From assembly GCA_030390025.1 (NCBI GenBank), contig CM059425.1, positions 173,788,001 through 173,852,000 on the forward strand: a stretch of DNA of 64,000 nucleotides. Direction: 5' to 3'. How positions within the stretch are numbered: position 1 is the first letter of the stretch; every line of letters begins with the position of its first letter. This DNA comes from Squalus acanthias (lineage: Eukaryota). The position numbers and the translations under genes were made by a program. The notes under the pieces were generated by a model. The model was not told the DNA's origin. It saw only the letters and a list, made by a program, of their open reading frames with translations, and did not search any database. Positions 1 to 11,065 of the stretch are shown piece by piece.

Positions 1-117
1 TGACAGTAGGCTCCCGAGGTATGGAAAGTGGTCCACGTTGTCCAAGGCCTTGTCGTGGATTTTGATAATCGGGGGGCAGTACTGTGTGGCGGGGGCAGGA
101 TGGTAGAGGACCTTTGT

Positions 118-400
118 CTTACGGATTTAAGGTGATTGGCAAAAGAACCAGAGGTGACACGAGAAAAAATTTTTTTACGCAATGAGTGGTTAGGATTTGG
201 AATGCATTTCCACAGGGAGGTGGATACAGATTCAATAGTAGCCTTCAAAAGGAAGTTGAATAAATACTTGAAGGAGAAAACATTGCAGGGATATGGGGAA
301 AGAGTGGGGAAGTGGGACTAACTGGATTGCTCTACGTAAGAGCTGGCACAGGCTCGATAGGCTGAATGGCCTCCTTCTGTGCTGTACTATTCTATGATTC
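118..400 (+). mobile_element. CR1 LINE 3' fragment
   Basis: Degraded ORF2 C-terminus (FKRKLNKYLKEK..GYGERVGKWD) followed by the 3' UTR and a CTATTCTATGATTCTA tail. Confidence 0.8.
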
Positions 401-1083
401 TAATTTCAACAATCCATTTGATCAACAGCATTTGAACAGAATCTTTCCACTTCTTGGATATGTCTGCACCATATACTACATTTGCGTCCAAGAGCACAGA
501 TGAACAACTGGCAGCTACAGTGCTGCCAATACCACTTTAAAATCATCTGGTAGGAGGAGCATGGCATTGGCCTAAAGAGATTTTCCTCACAGTTTTTTCC
601 TTTTCTGCAAAAGCACAATCTCAGCTTGGCACTTCCACATGGTAGTTAGGATGCACTTGCACTTTCTAGTGGCTGATTCTATGCATTGATGGAGGTCAGC
701 GAACAGGTAACCTGCTTGCAGTTGTTACATTTCCTGGCGATAAAAATGATGCGAATTGTTGATTCTAAATTTGAAATTGTAGCTGGGGCTTGCTACTGGA
801 GTCTTTGGAGTGGAGCCTTCACCAGGCACAATGTAAAACAGCGACCACTCGGCCACAGTGTCTTGTGACAAACCCTCTTATTGGTGCTATCTGAAGCTTT
901 GTGAGTTTTGACAAACTAATGTTCCTGAAGAACATTAAGGAAAGATCTGGATTATTCATGTTAATCAGGAAGCCAACTTCCTATATCTCTTTCCTCCAAA
1001 CTTTTTATAGTCCAAGTTGGCACTTTGCACACTTCTGTATGGTGACATTTCAGCGATGCTGTTTATTGTTAATTAACTATTTT

Positions 1084-1214
1084 GAAGGTAGCTTTTAACT
1101 TCAGCGGGGGTGGAAAACCGGCGGTATCAGATCGGCTGCCCGTTGTACATTCCACCTGAATTTTCTTTCAATTCTGCCAGTTTTTCACCCGCACCAAAGT
1201 TGAAAGTTACCCCC
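1084..1214. mobile_element. Small Harbinger-type MITE (~130 bp)
   Basis: Imperfect TIRs GAAGGTAGCTTTTAACTT / AAGTTGAAAGTTACCCCC, with TTT on both flanks. Confidence 0.5.
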
Positions 1215-2013
1215 TTTATTTCTATCTGGTTGAATCTGTGAGCTGGGTTGTTTACAAATTTGTTTTCATTTGATTGTAAGGTGGCAATTATGCAAATTTT
1301 CTAACATATTACTATCATAAAAATTTACCAACCGCTACCAATTAAAAAAAATCTAGCTACACATAACTGTTTCTCAGAACCTTTTGGTCAATGAGAAAAT
1401 TCAATTCTTGTTGCTTCACTGCTAAGTAGTATTAATATTATGATCAATTGTGCTAACAATATTTAATAGCAGGCAAACTGTTGGCTATATTTTTATCTGC
1501 ATGTTAGCAATAATGCAAAATTTTGAAAACGCCCAACACTGGAGGAGTAGATACTGAGAATTCCTGCAATGCTATTTATAGTGTTTGTCCCATTCCTCCA
1601 TTCAATGAGAGCACTGGTATTGGCTCTATATCACTGTTTCCTTCACTCTAGCATCAACTTAGTAGTGGTGCTATACGGTCATTGAAAATATTTATTTTAA
1701 ACAATGTTCTTCCTAAATATTGATGTTGGTGGAACAAGGTTCCAAAAAACCAAAAAGCCCGATTATCTTTTCCGTTGACTTTATTGGCTCCTTTCCTGAT
1801 TTCTTCATTGCTATCATATACCCAGTGGAATCCCCAGAAAACCATGTGGGAGATGTTACAGGTCCGATACTTATGCTGTGAATGACTCATTTAAATGCCT
1901 GCCTTAGGTGGGAGCTTCTAGTCCCTGACCTTTCTGCTTCAGGAAATGTGTATCATGCATAAACAGGGAGGAGACCTAGAGATGTAGGCCTCTGCTCCTA
2001 TTTTGTCTCCTTA

Positions 2014-2895
2014 CAACATCAACAACTTGCATTTATATAGCATCTTTAATGTAGGCAAATGTACCAAAGCACTTCATAGAAAGGTAATCAGACACCGAGC
2101 CAAAGAAGGAGATATTAGGAGGGGTGACTAAAAGCTTGGTTGAACAGGTAGATTTCAAGAAGGGTATTAAAGGTGGAGACGTTTATGGAGGGAATTCCAG
2201 AGCTTACGGCCTGGATGGTTGAAGGCACGGCCGCCAATTCTGGGGCGAAGGGAGTGGGGGGGGGGGTGGGTGTAGGATGTCAGAGTTGAAGGAACATAGA
2301 GTTCTTAAAGGGTAGTAGAGCTGGAAGAGGTTACAGAGATAGGGAGGAGTGAGGCCATGAAGGGTTTAGACATGAGGATGAGAATTTTAAATTGCAGGTG
2401 TTGGGGGACCAGGCACCAATGTAGGTCAGTGAAGACAGAAGTGATAGGTAAGTGGGATCTGAAGCAGGTGAGAATACAGGCAGCAGAGCTTTGGATCCGG
2501 TTTATAGAGGGTGGAGGATGGGAGGCTGGCCAAGAGGCCATTGGAATAATCAAGCCAGGAGGTGACAAAAGCATAGATGAGGGTTTCAGCAGCAGATGGG
2601 TGGAGACAGCCGATGTTATGGAGGTGGAAATATGCGGTCTTTGTGATGGAGAGGATATGGGGTAGGAAGCTCCCTTTTGGGTCAACTAGAATGCTGAGGT
2701 TGCAAACAGCCTGGTTCAGCCTGAGACAGTGGCTGGGAAGGGGATGGAATTGTTGGTAAGGAAACATGTTTGAACAAAAAACAAGGCGAAGACAATGGCT
2801 TTGGTTTTCCCAGTGTTTAACTGTAGGAAGTTGCAGCTCATCCAAGACTGGATGTTAGACACGCAGGCTGACAACATAGAGGCAGTGGAGGGGTA
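2014..2895 (-). mobile_element. L2 LINE 3' fragment
   Basis: Minus-strand peptides such as QLNTGKTKAI, AETLIYAFVTSWLDYSNGLL and DLHWCLVPQHLQFKILIL, plus the L2-type tail ACAACTTGCATTTATATAGC. Confidence 0.8.
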
Positions 2896-4489
2896 CATCC
2901 CAGGAACGTTATGCTCCAGACTCTGCTTTGTGTGAGACATTTCTTGTGTACTTCTAGCAATTGTTTTAATTTATATAAAATGTTCAGTGGTGTTATCTAT
3001 TAAAATGACTTTTTAATACAATATTACTCGTGACTGTGTTTAGCTTAACATTATTGTTGATACAAACATTTCAAATGAAATGTTGCTCGAAATATATTAA
3101 GTTGCCATCTTATGTAAAACAATTCTGTTATAAAATGTCATTATGTATCCTCACCTAATTTGGAATGTAATTACCAAATGAAATAACTAACTTTTCCAGT
3201 GGTACAAAGTAAACAAGTAAAATTTATAGTCTACTGCTGAATAGTTCAGTCATTTTTTCCACAAAAATTGAGCTATGGGTAATGTGACTGAAACAACTTT
3301 GAATAGAGAGTAGACTGTATTCTGCACCCCAAACGATGTATCAGCATTAACAGGGCAACCTGGGGTGGGGGGGGGGGGGGGGGGCGTGGAATGATAACTA
3401 TTTATCACTATTAGACAACACTATAACATTTCCATATTGCCAGACAGGAGGTGAAAATATTTAATATACTTGCATGTTAAGTTATAAACCAACATGATTC
3501 TATTGGAATCTAGTGGTTGGGCTTATACAACAGAGTAAAGTGTTTCTGCCATGAAATGCATCTCAACATCAGTTCATCTGGGTAAAAGTGTAATTAATCT
3601 TTCTTTCAACTGAGACTGTGGTCAAACCGCAAAGGAGGAATTCATTAGCAGCTGTCTGCAACATAAATGGGGCAACATTGTAACATTTCCTGTTTCAGCT
3701 CTAGTTTTGCATAGTGCTTTCACAGTGACATCTATTTTGGAAACAATGCTATCCATTGGTTAGGATCAATGTTACAATCCAGACAGCAATAAGTTAAGGA
3801 TGCTGTATATTGTTTATCTTCATTTAGGTTTGTGTTTGTTTTTTTAAAGCAGCTGTTTAAAGAAGAAAAATTGCATATAAAGCTGCATAGTGTCATTAGC
3901 CTGCTCTGAAAAAATATTTTGAGATCCACATCATATTATTGCCAAACCAACTGCATCTTTCTGGGATTGGTTGAAAACTCATCAAGGTCCTTTGTAAAAA
4001 GTTGCTTCCCACCTATAAGGATAGGTACAATATTATTGGAAAAACTGCACTTGAAAGAGCACTTCTTATATACCACTACCAAAGTATTGCTCAGAATTGT
4101 TTTGGTTTATTTACAGTTTTCTGTAGTCCTATTACTGATTGCTGAGGATCATCCACCATATAAAATTGGCTTTCATAGAATCATGGAAATCATAAAAATT
4201 CAATTCAGTCCAGGGAGCTCATTTGCACTGATAGTAGGCCTGGACAGGAGAAAGAGGAGCAAGAGAAGAGGGGCCTATCACAGTACCACCTACAGGCATA
4301 ATAGGTACTGTAGGTAAATGTTGACACTTACATGATGGGTTTATGGGACTTTTAGTGCATTTTGAAATGGAATGTTGCAACCAACTCAGCAATTTTAATA
4401 TATAGTAGATTGAGAAACCTAGGTGAAGGGCTAGCTTAACTTCATGCAGTAGTAAGTATTGTATCCTCTCCTGAGAGGCATACAGCATA

Positions 4490-4700
4490 TTTCATTTAGG
4501 AACAGGAGTAAGCCATTCAGCCCCTTGAGTCTGTTCTGCCGTTCAGTTAGATCATGGCTGATCTGTACCTCAACTCAATTTACCCGCCTTGGTTTCATAT
4601 CTCTTATTTTTGTTAGGTAAGGGTATTAAGGGATATGGAACCAAGGTGGATAAATGGAATTGAGATACAGATCAGCCATGATTTAATTGAATGGAGCAAA
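4490..4700. repeat. Inverted pair of CR1 3' UTR fragments
   Basis: ATCATGGCTGATCTGTACCTCAA (~4551) is mirrored by TTGAGATACAGATCAGCCATGAT (~4660). Confidence 0.65.
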
Positions 4701-5215
4701 GCAGTGATCCTTCTTCTGGGATTCTTGGACTCCCTATGCAATGGGAAGCTGAGATGTGCCCCAAGTAGTGTAGGTGCCTACCTGGAATATGCCGATTAGG
4801 AGATCGCCCCCTGATACAGATCCCACAAACTTTGGCTGGGTCAGCATTGGAGGTGACTGGCAGGCACATCCAGGCACTTTCACTGGGATAGATTTCCTGT
4901 GTGTTTTAAAAGTCCAGATATCCCCACTGGTACATCTTGTTGCATTTTGTTGTGCATTCTCAACTTTAAAACTGGTAAGGAATAAAATTCAACATATGTT
5001 GGTAAAGGAGTCTATATAAAGACTAAAAGCCACCAATAAAAATCCCCAAATCCCACTTAATAAAAACAGGTTTTGAGTTATTCTGGTATTAAATCAGGGA
5101 AATTGATGTTATTAACTACATGATATATAAACACCCCTGTTGTTATAACACAATGTATCCTCCAACTCACCTTGAGCAATATAGTGGGAGATCACCCAGT
5201 GAAGTAAAAAAGTTT

Positions 5216-7100
5216 TGGCTAGAAATTTGATTGCCCCTGAAAACGGGTGTGGGGATCGTGATACAGGATCAACCCGTGCCCGTTCAAAGTAATGCAGGCA
5301 GCACGCCAACTGAGCTGCACGCTCAGCAGGGGGCCCAAGTTCGTGCAAGGCTAGCACCAATTAAAGCTAGCTTGCACTTCTTAAAGGCAGTCTGCACCTC
5401 TTAAAGGGGAGGTGCATTCTGGCTGCAGCAGGTGATTCAACTGCCTTAGGAACAGAGTGTGAGCAAGAAGTAGTACTGATGGCACAACAGGGGAGAGAGC
5501 ATGCTCCAAGGTTCTCAGATGCAGTACAGGAGGTGAACAGGAGGAGAGAGGTCCTGTTTCCACAGGGCGCCAGGTGGCCCTCCAGGCAAATTTGGAAAAG
5601 GCAATGGGAGCAGATGGCTGTCTTGGTCAATGCCAGCAGTGTAGCCCCAAGGACCTGGATGCAGTTCAGGAAGAAGTTTAATGACCTCACACGAGTGATC
5701 AAGGTCAGTGAATTCATCTTCAAATGCCATATCCCACCATCTGCACCGCTAGCCTCACACACTGCTCAATGCACCACACCCCCATCAGTCACCTACCAAC
5801 ATTCTCTACCAAACACAACTCATACCTCACATTCATAGCTTCACCTCACCCTCACACACTTACCTCTACTGCAAGCCTCACACCCACATCTCACAGCTTG
5901 CACACACTGTCAGCTATTCAACCATGACAGACATATAACCCAAACACATTATACCACACTCACTGACACACTTCTCTTTCTCTTGCAAGCCAAAGTGGCT
6001 CACAACCGGAGGCAGCAGGTGCTATCCGAAGGGGCACATGCGCACTTGCATAACCTTACCCTGATGGAAGAGATGCTGTTGGCCATTATTGGGAGGGCCA
6101 TCGCTGAGCCTGTGGCCAGCGGCAGGCCTGAAACAATACAAATGATGGTATCCTCATACGTAATCCTCCTTCTCACATCCCACTTCCCCCTCATCCTACA
6201 ATCTCTTCTGATTTACAAGCTGCACATGGTGTAAGCATGCACCTCTTGCTTTCCTCCCACCCTCCACTCACCACAACCTTACTTTTGTGCCTTTCTCCTT
6301 TCAGATAACCAAGAGCTGCCACCTGGCCAGGCACTGGTGGAGGAGCAGGAAATAGAAGAGGAAGAAGGCAATGATGCACAAGACACAGCACTGTCACCAT
6401 TTCACATTCCCAGCCACCAGCTCAGATACTGACACTCTGTGTACTTTAGAGGATAGCTTAGATGCGGGATCTGCACATGGTGAGACACTGGGCACGAGTG
6501 GCCTGCAGCCAGGGCAGGGCAGGGCAAAAGGGTAATGCAGGTGCCAGCTCCCCGGAGGACGAAGTCACACATGAGTTCTGCTGCAGAAGTCAGAACCAAG
6601 GCCTTCTCCACTTGCAGCACCACTCCCTGTCACCTCACCAACGTTAAACAACTCTGGAAAGCACCAAACACTTTTACAAACTTAGACAGAGCCAATAGAA
6701 ATTAATCAGCAACTAACCTGAGAGTGGTTGCTGATCCCTTTAAATATCGCTGGTGGGGGGGGGGTTCTTGCTGCTGCTGAATGCATGTTCAGCTGTGCGA
6801 AGTTAAGACAGTGCGATAAGTCCAGTGTTGAGGATGAAAATGGCAGCGCTGGCGTCAAATCAGCATTCTTCTTCTTAGGCAGAAGAATGCTGACGTCAAA
6901 TCAGCATTGTACGCTGATTGACGTCACGATCTGCCTACTCTATATACTTTCAGTGACGCTCCTCACGCCTGCCCTCACCAAAATGGCGTCTGGCCCAGCC
7001 CGCACCAGAAGTGTGCACACGCGGCACGGACACCATTTTTGGCACAAAACAGCATCCATAGCACCAAAATATCAGGTGCTACGGAGCCAATTTATAGCCC
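5216..7100 (+). mobile_element. Non-autonomous Harbinger deletion derivative with Myb/SANT remnant
   Basis: TIRs GGCTAGAAATT / AATTTATAGCCC, TTT flanks, internal Myb exons, no transposase. Confidence 0.8.
5479..6150 (+). pseudogene. Harbinger Myb/SANT-like gene remnant (exons 1-2)
   Basis: MAQQGREHAPRFSD..RTWMQFRKKFNDLTRVIK then a GTCAGT donor at 5704. Exon 2 reads AKVAHNRRQQ.. and has a damaged acceptor. Confidence 0.8.
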
Positions 7101-7184
7101 TTTAACTCCTAAACACTCATTCCACCATTCACATTTAGGCAAGATGAATTACTTGAAAATTTAGCTACTTGGATTATGAAGATT

Positions 7185-8148
7185 ATAGGATCTGATCAGC
7201 CATTTGGCCCATCGTGTCTGTGCCGGCCTAAAAAGAGCTATCCAGCCTAATCCTACTTTCCAGCTCTTGGTCCGTAGCCTTGTAGGTTACAGCACTTCAA
7301 GTGCATATCCAAGTACTTTTTAAATGCGATGAGGGTTTCTGCCTCTACCACCCTATCAGGCAGTGAGTTCCAGACACCCACCACCCTCTAGGTGAAAAAA
7401 GTTCTCCATAACTCCCCCCTAATCCTTCTACTAATTACTTTAAAACTATGCCCCTGGTTATTGAACTCTCTGCTAAGGGAAATCGATACTTCCTATCCAC
7501 TCTATCTAGGCACCTCATAATTTTATACACCTCAATTAAGTCACCCTCAGCCTCCTCTGTTCCAAAGAAAACAAAGCCAGCATTTCCAAACTTTCCTCAT
7601 AGCTAAAATTCGCCAGTCCTGGCAACATCCTCGTAAATCTCCTCTGTACCCTCTCTAGTGCATCTTTCCTGTAATGTGGTGACCAGAACTGTACGTAGTA
7701 CTCTAGCTGTGGCCTAACTAGTGTTTTATACAGTTCTAGCATAACTTCCCTGCTGTTATATTCTATGCCTCGGCTAATAAAGGAAAGTATCTCGTATGCC
7801 TTCTTAACCACCTTCTCTACCTATCCTGCTACCTTCAGGGATCAGTGGACGTGCAATCCAAGGTCCCTCTGTTCCTCCACACTTCTCAGTATCCTACCAT
7901 TTATTGTGTATTCCCTTGCCTTGTTAGCCCTCCCCAAATGCATTACCTCACGCTTCTCTGGATTGAATTCCATTTGCAACTTTTCTGCCCATCTGACCAG
8001 TCCATTGATATCTTCCTGCAGTCTACAGCTTTCTTCCTCACTATCAACCACATAGACAATTTTTGTATCATCTGCAAACTTTTTAAAGATGCCCCCTACA
8101 TTGAAGTCTAAATCATTGATGTATACCACAAAAAGCAAGGGACCTAGT
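7185..8148 (-). mobile_element. CR1 LINE, 3' part (split by the hAT-type element)
   Basis: RT peptides YINDLD..KFADDTKI and LVRPQLEYYVQFWSP. The element resumes at 17572. Confidence 0.9.
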
Positions 8149-8542
8149 CACTGTTCCCCCTAAGCTGCGCGGCTGTGCACTCGCACAGTTCCCTCAAGGC
8201 TGCTGCGCACCAGGTGTTGTAGGCCGCGCAGTCTCGCTGGAGCGGGCTCCAGCGCGCATGCGCTCTTTTTAATTGCGTCACACAGGCTCGTTCTTTCACA
8301 CCTGCGCACTGGACCCATTTCGGCGCCTGCGTGCTGGAGCCGCTGCTAGCCTGACCCGGGCCCTGGCCCTGAGGTACTGTCTGTGAATGGTGATTATCCA
8401 CACCGCCATTCTTGCGGCTTTCTGCACATGCGCGCGGTATCCCAGAGCCGCGCATGTGCATTACCCAACAGTTGCAGCTTTGCAGCGTGGCCACATTTTC
8501 TTCAGCTCCGTGGGAGAACTAGATTCGCTGGTGGCTGGTGGA

Positions 8543-8720
8543 GAAGAGAGAGAGAGAGACTGGGGGGGGGGGGAGAGAGACTGGGGAGGGGGAGAGAGAG
8601 AGAGAGACTGGGGGGAAAGAGAGACACTTGCGGGGGGGGGAGTGAGAGAGAGAGAGAGACGGGGGAGAGAGAGAGACTGGGAGAGGGAGAGAGACGGGGG
8701 AGAGAGACAGGAGGAGAGAG
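8543..8720. repeat. GA-rich simple repeat
   Basis: GAGAGAGACTGGGG-type units. Confidence 0.9.
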
Positions 8721-8816
8721 ATTCCCTGCGCTTCTTATAATAGAGGAAAAAAAACATGTTTAACATCCACCAACAGGGCCTCATTTAATCGTCTCTTCTA
8801 AAACCTGCAGGCAGTT

Positions 8817-8950
8817 AGAACATAAGAAATAGGAGCAGGAGTAGGCCATTCGGCCCTTCAAGCCTGCTCCACCATTCAATGAGACCATGGCTGATCTTCT
8901 GCCTCAACTCCATCCACCGGCCCTATCGCCATATCCCTTGATGCCCTTTA
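8817..8950 (-). mobile_element. CR1 3' tail fragment
   Basis: AGAACATAAGAAATAGGAGCAGGAGTAGGCCATTCGG, the same tail as other CR1 copies here. Confidence 0.75.
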
Positions 8951-9610
8951 TCGCTCAGGATTAGACTGAGCTGGGACACTAAGGGCATTCAATTAATTGC
9001 GAACAGGTTAGTGGAGCTGGTGTCTGATATGAGCACCTTTATTATCACGAGCACAAATAGGTAAGCATTGTCAAGAAGCATTTCCCCATAGAGGGAAAGG
9101 GGTAAAAATTCAGTTGGTTGCGCCTCCCGTTAGCGCCTTAAATGGGCGCTAATGGGGCGTTAAGGCGCTAACGCCCGGGCGCAGCGCTGTTTGCGCCGCT
9201 CGAGAACTTAACTTGAGATTGTGCGGCGGCGCTAAAACTTACCGCTGCGACCACCTGCGCGCGCAGATTGTGACGTCATTCCGTGGTGCAACGCCCTTGG
9301 GGCGCCCCGGAGCGGAAATTGAGTGGCGCCCCCTGCCTTACTGCCTGGCGCTTCCAACGACCGGAAGACTGGAACGTCATCAATCGGTGTGGGGCTGGGG
9401 GGGGCGCTATTTAAAGGGGGCCTCTTCCTGTCTTTTTCTGTGGTCGACATTTATGCACCACTCGTTCTGAGAGAGAGAGAGAGATTCGGAGAGAGAGAGA
9501 GAGAGACTTCTACATTGACTCAACGCTTTGTGAGGTAGTTTTGCCTAGTGCATCCTAACTTTGCTGCTACTTTCGTTGCTGTACCTCATTACTTTTCTGG
9601 CAAAGAGAAG

Positions 9611-10771
9611 ATGGGGGCTGCAATGATTGGGGGCGTCGTCCTGCTCCAGCTCAATCGGAGCAGAGTGAGACGCAGACAGAGAGTGGCAATGATGGCCAGA
9701 CGGAGGAGGCCCATCAGGCGCATGTACAGGAGAGCTTACCCTCCCAGGGTATATCGTGAACAGCTCTCCTACATCCACATGTCCGAGGAGCTGTGTTTGC
9801 GAAGGCTGCGATTCAGCAAGGAGGTGGTCACTGAGCTCTGCCACCTGCTGCAGCCAGATCTGCAGCCTCAGCTGAGGTCCAGGACGTCTCTGTCGGTGGC
9901 AGTGAAGGTCACAGTGGCCTTGAACTTCTACGCCACTGGCTCATTCCAAGCTGCTGTTGGGGACCTCGCCAATATCTCCCAGTTTGCGGTGCATCGCTGC
10001 ATCCGGCAGGTCACCAATGCCCTCTTCACAAGGAGACGAGACTTCATCTCCTTCCCTATGACCCCAGACAAGCAGCATGACCGTGCTATGGGCTTTGCGA
10101 GGGTAGCGGGCTTCCCCATGGTGCAGGGCGCCATTGACTGCACGCATGTGGCTTTGCGTGCTCCGCGAGAGAATGCAGAGGAGTTCCGGAACAGAAAGGG
10201 GTTCCATTCCTTGAATGTGCAGTTGGTCTGTGACCACAGACAGGTGATTCTCGCTGTCAATGCCCACTATCCGGGCAGCTGCCACGATGCTTTCATCCTG
10301 CGCCAGAGTACTGTGGCAGAAATTTTCGAGGCACCGCATCAGCCAGTTGGTTGGCTTCTGGGGGACAAGGGGTACGCATTGAGCACCTGGCTGATGACAC
10401 CGCTCCGTGCGCCAAACACCCCTGCTGAGCTGCGGTACCAGGAAAGCCAACAAGCAACGAGGAACATTATTGAGCGCACAATCGGCGTGCTCAAACAACG
10501 ATTCCGCTGTCTGGACCATTCCGGAGGAGCCCTGCAGTACTCGCCTGAGCAAGTTTCCAAATTCGTAGTGGTGTGCTGCATGTTGCACAACATGGCAATC
10601 CTCAGGACGCAGCCAATGCCACCAGGCCTTGCAGCACCACAAGAGGAGGAGGAGGAAGAGGAGGAACAGGCCGAGGACGATGATCAGCAGCAGCACCAAG
10701 GCAGGAGGGCGGCCCACAATGGTCAAACTGCAAGGGCCGTCCGTCAACGACTAATAGCAAGCCGCTTCTAG
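9611..10771 (+). CDS. Harbinger DDE transposase (HARBI1-like), 386 aa
   Basis: Uninterrupted ORF with [35 protein letters not shown] and IERTIGVLKQRFRCL. The first in-frame ATG is at 9611. Confidence 0.95.
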   Translation: MGAAMIGGVVLLQLNRSRVRRRQRVAMMARRRRPIRRMYRRAYPPRVYREQLSYIHMSEELCLRRLRFSKEVVTELCHLLQPDLQPQLRSRTSLSVAVKVTVALNFYATGSFQAAVGDLANISQFAVHRCIRQVTNALFTRRRDFISFPMTPDKQHDRAMGFARVAGFPMVQGAIDCTHVALRAPRENAEEFRNRKGFHSLNVQLVCDHRQVILAVNAHYPGSCHDAFILRQSTVAEIFEAPHQPVGWLLGDKGYALSTWLMTPLRAPNTPAELRYQESQQATRNIIERTIGVLKQRFRCLDHSGGALQYSPEQVSKFVVVCCMLHNMAILRTQPMPPGLAAPQEEEEEEEEQAEDDDQQQHQGRRAAHNGQTARAVRQRLIASRF

Positions 10772-11065
10772 GACCCCTGCCAGTGCTACAAACACGAATC
10801 AACCCAGCACGCAACCCCTAAGCCGGCCAAGGCACCAATAATTCCAACCACCAGCCATGTATATTTTGAATACAGAAACTTATTTATTGTACAAACTCTG
10901 TGTGTGTCAATTCCTCATGACAAACTCATAGAAATAAACACAAAAAAACAGTCAATAACATAACTGGTTCTCACAACCTGGAGATAATGTCCAAAACACT
11001 AAACAAAAGTTGGGCCATGAACCTCGGCCTTTAATAAAAAAATGACCAGCATTTTGGCACACCTC

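Noticed and set aside
1654..1890. 78-aa ORF in non-repetitive DNA
   Set aside because: No motif and no convincing splice sites.
4178..4312. Possible host exon (AG..GT bounded)
   Set aside because: No recognisable protein and no neighbouring exons to support it.
8383..8784. Arg/Glu/Gly-rich ORFs
   Set aside because: Simple-repeat translation.
9941..10747. 268-aa antisense ORF
   Set aside because: Shadow of the GC-rich transposase with no recognisable motifs.
9611..10771. Domesticated host HARBI1 (with NAIF1)
   Set aside because: Bounded by TIRs and a TSD, nested in other elements, and has MITE derivatives, so it is a transposon gene.
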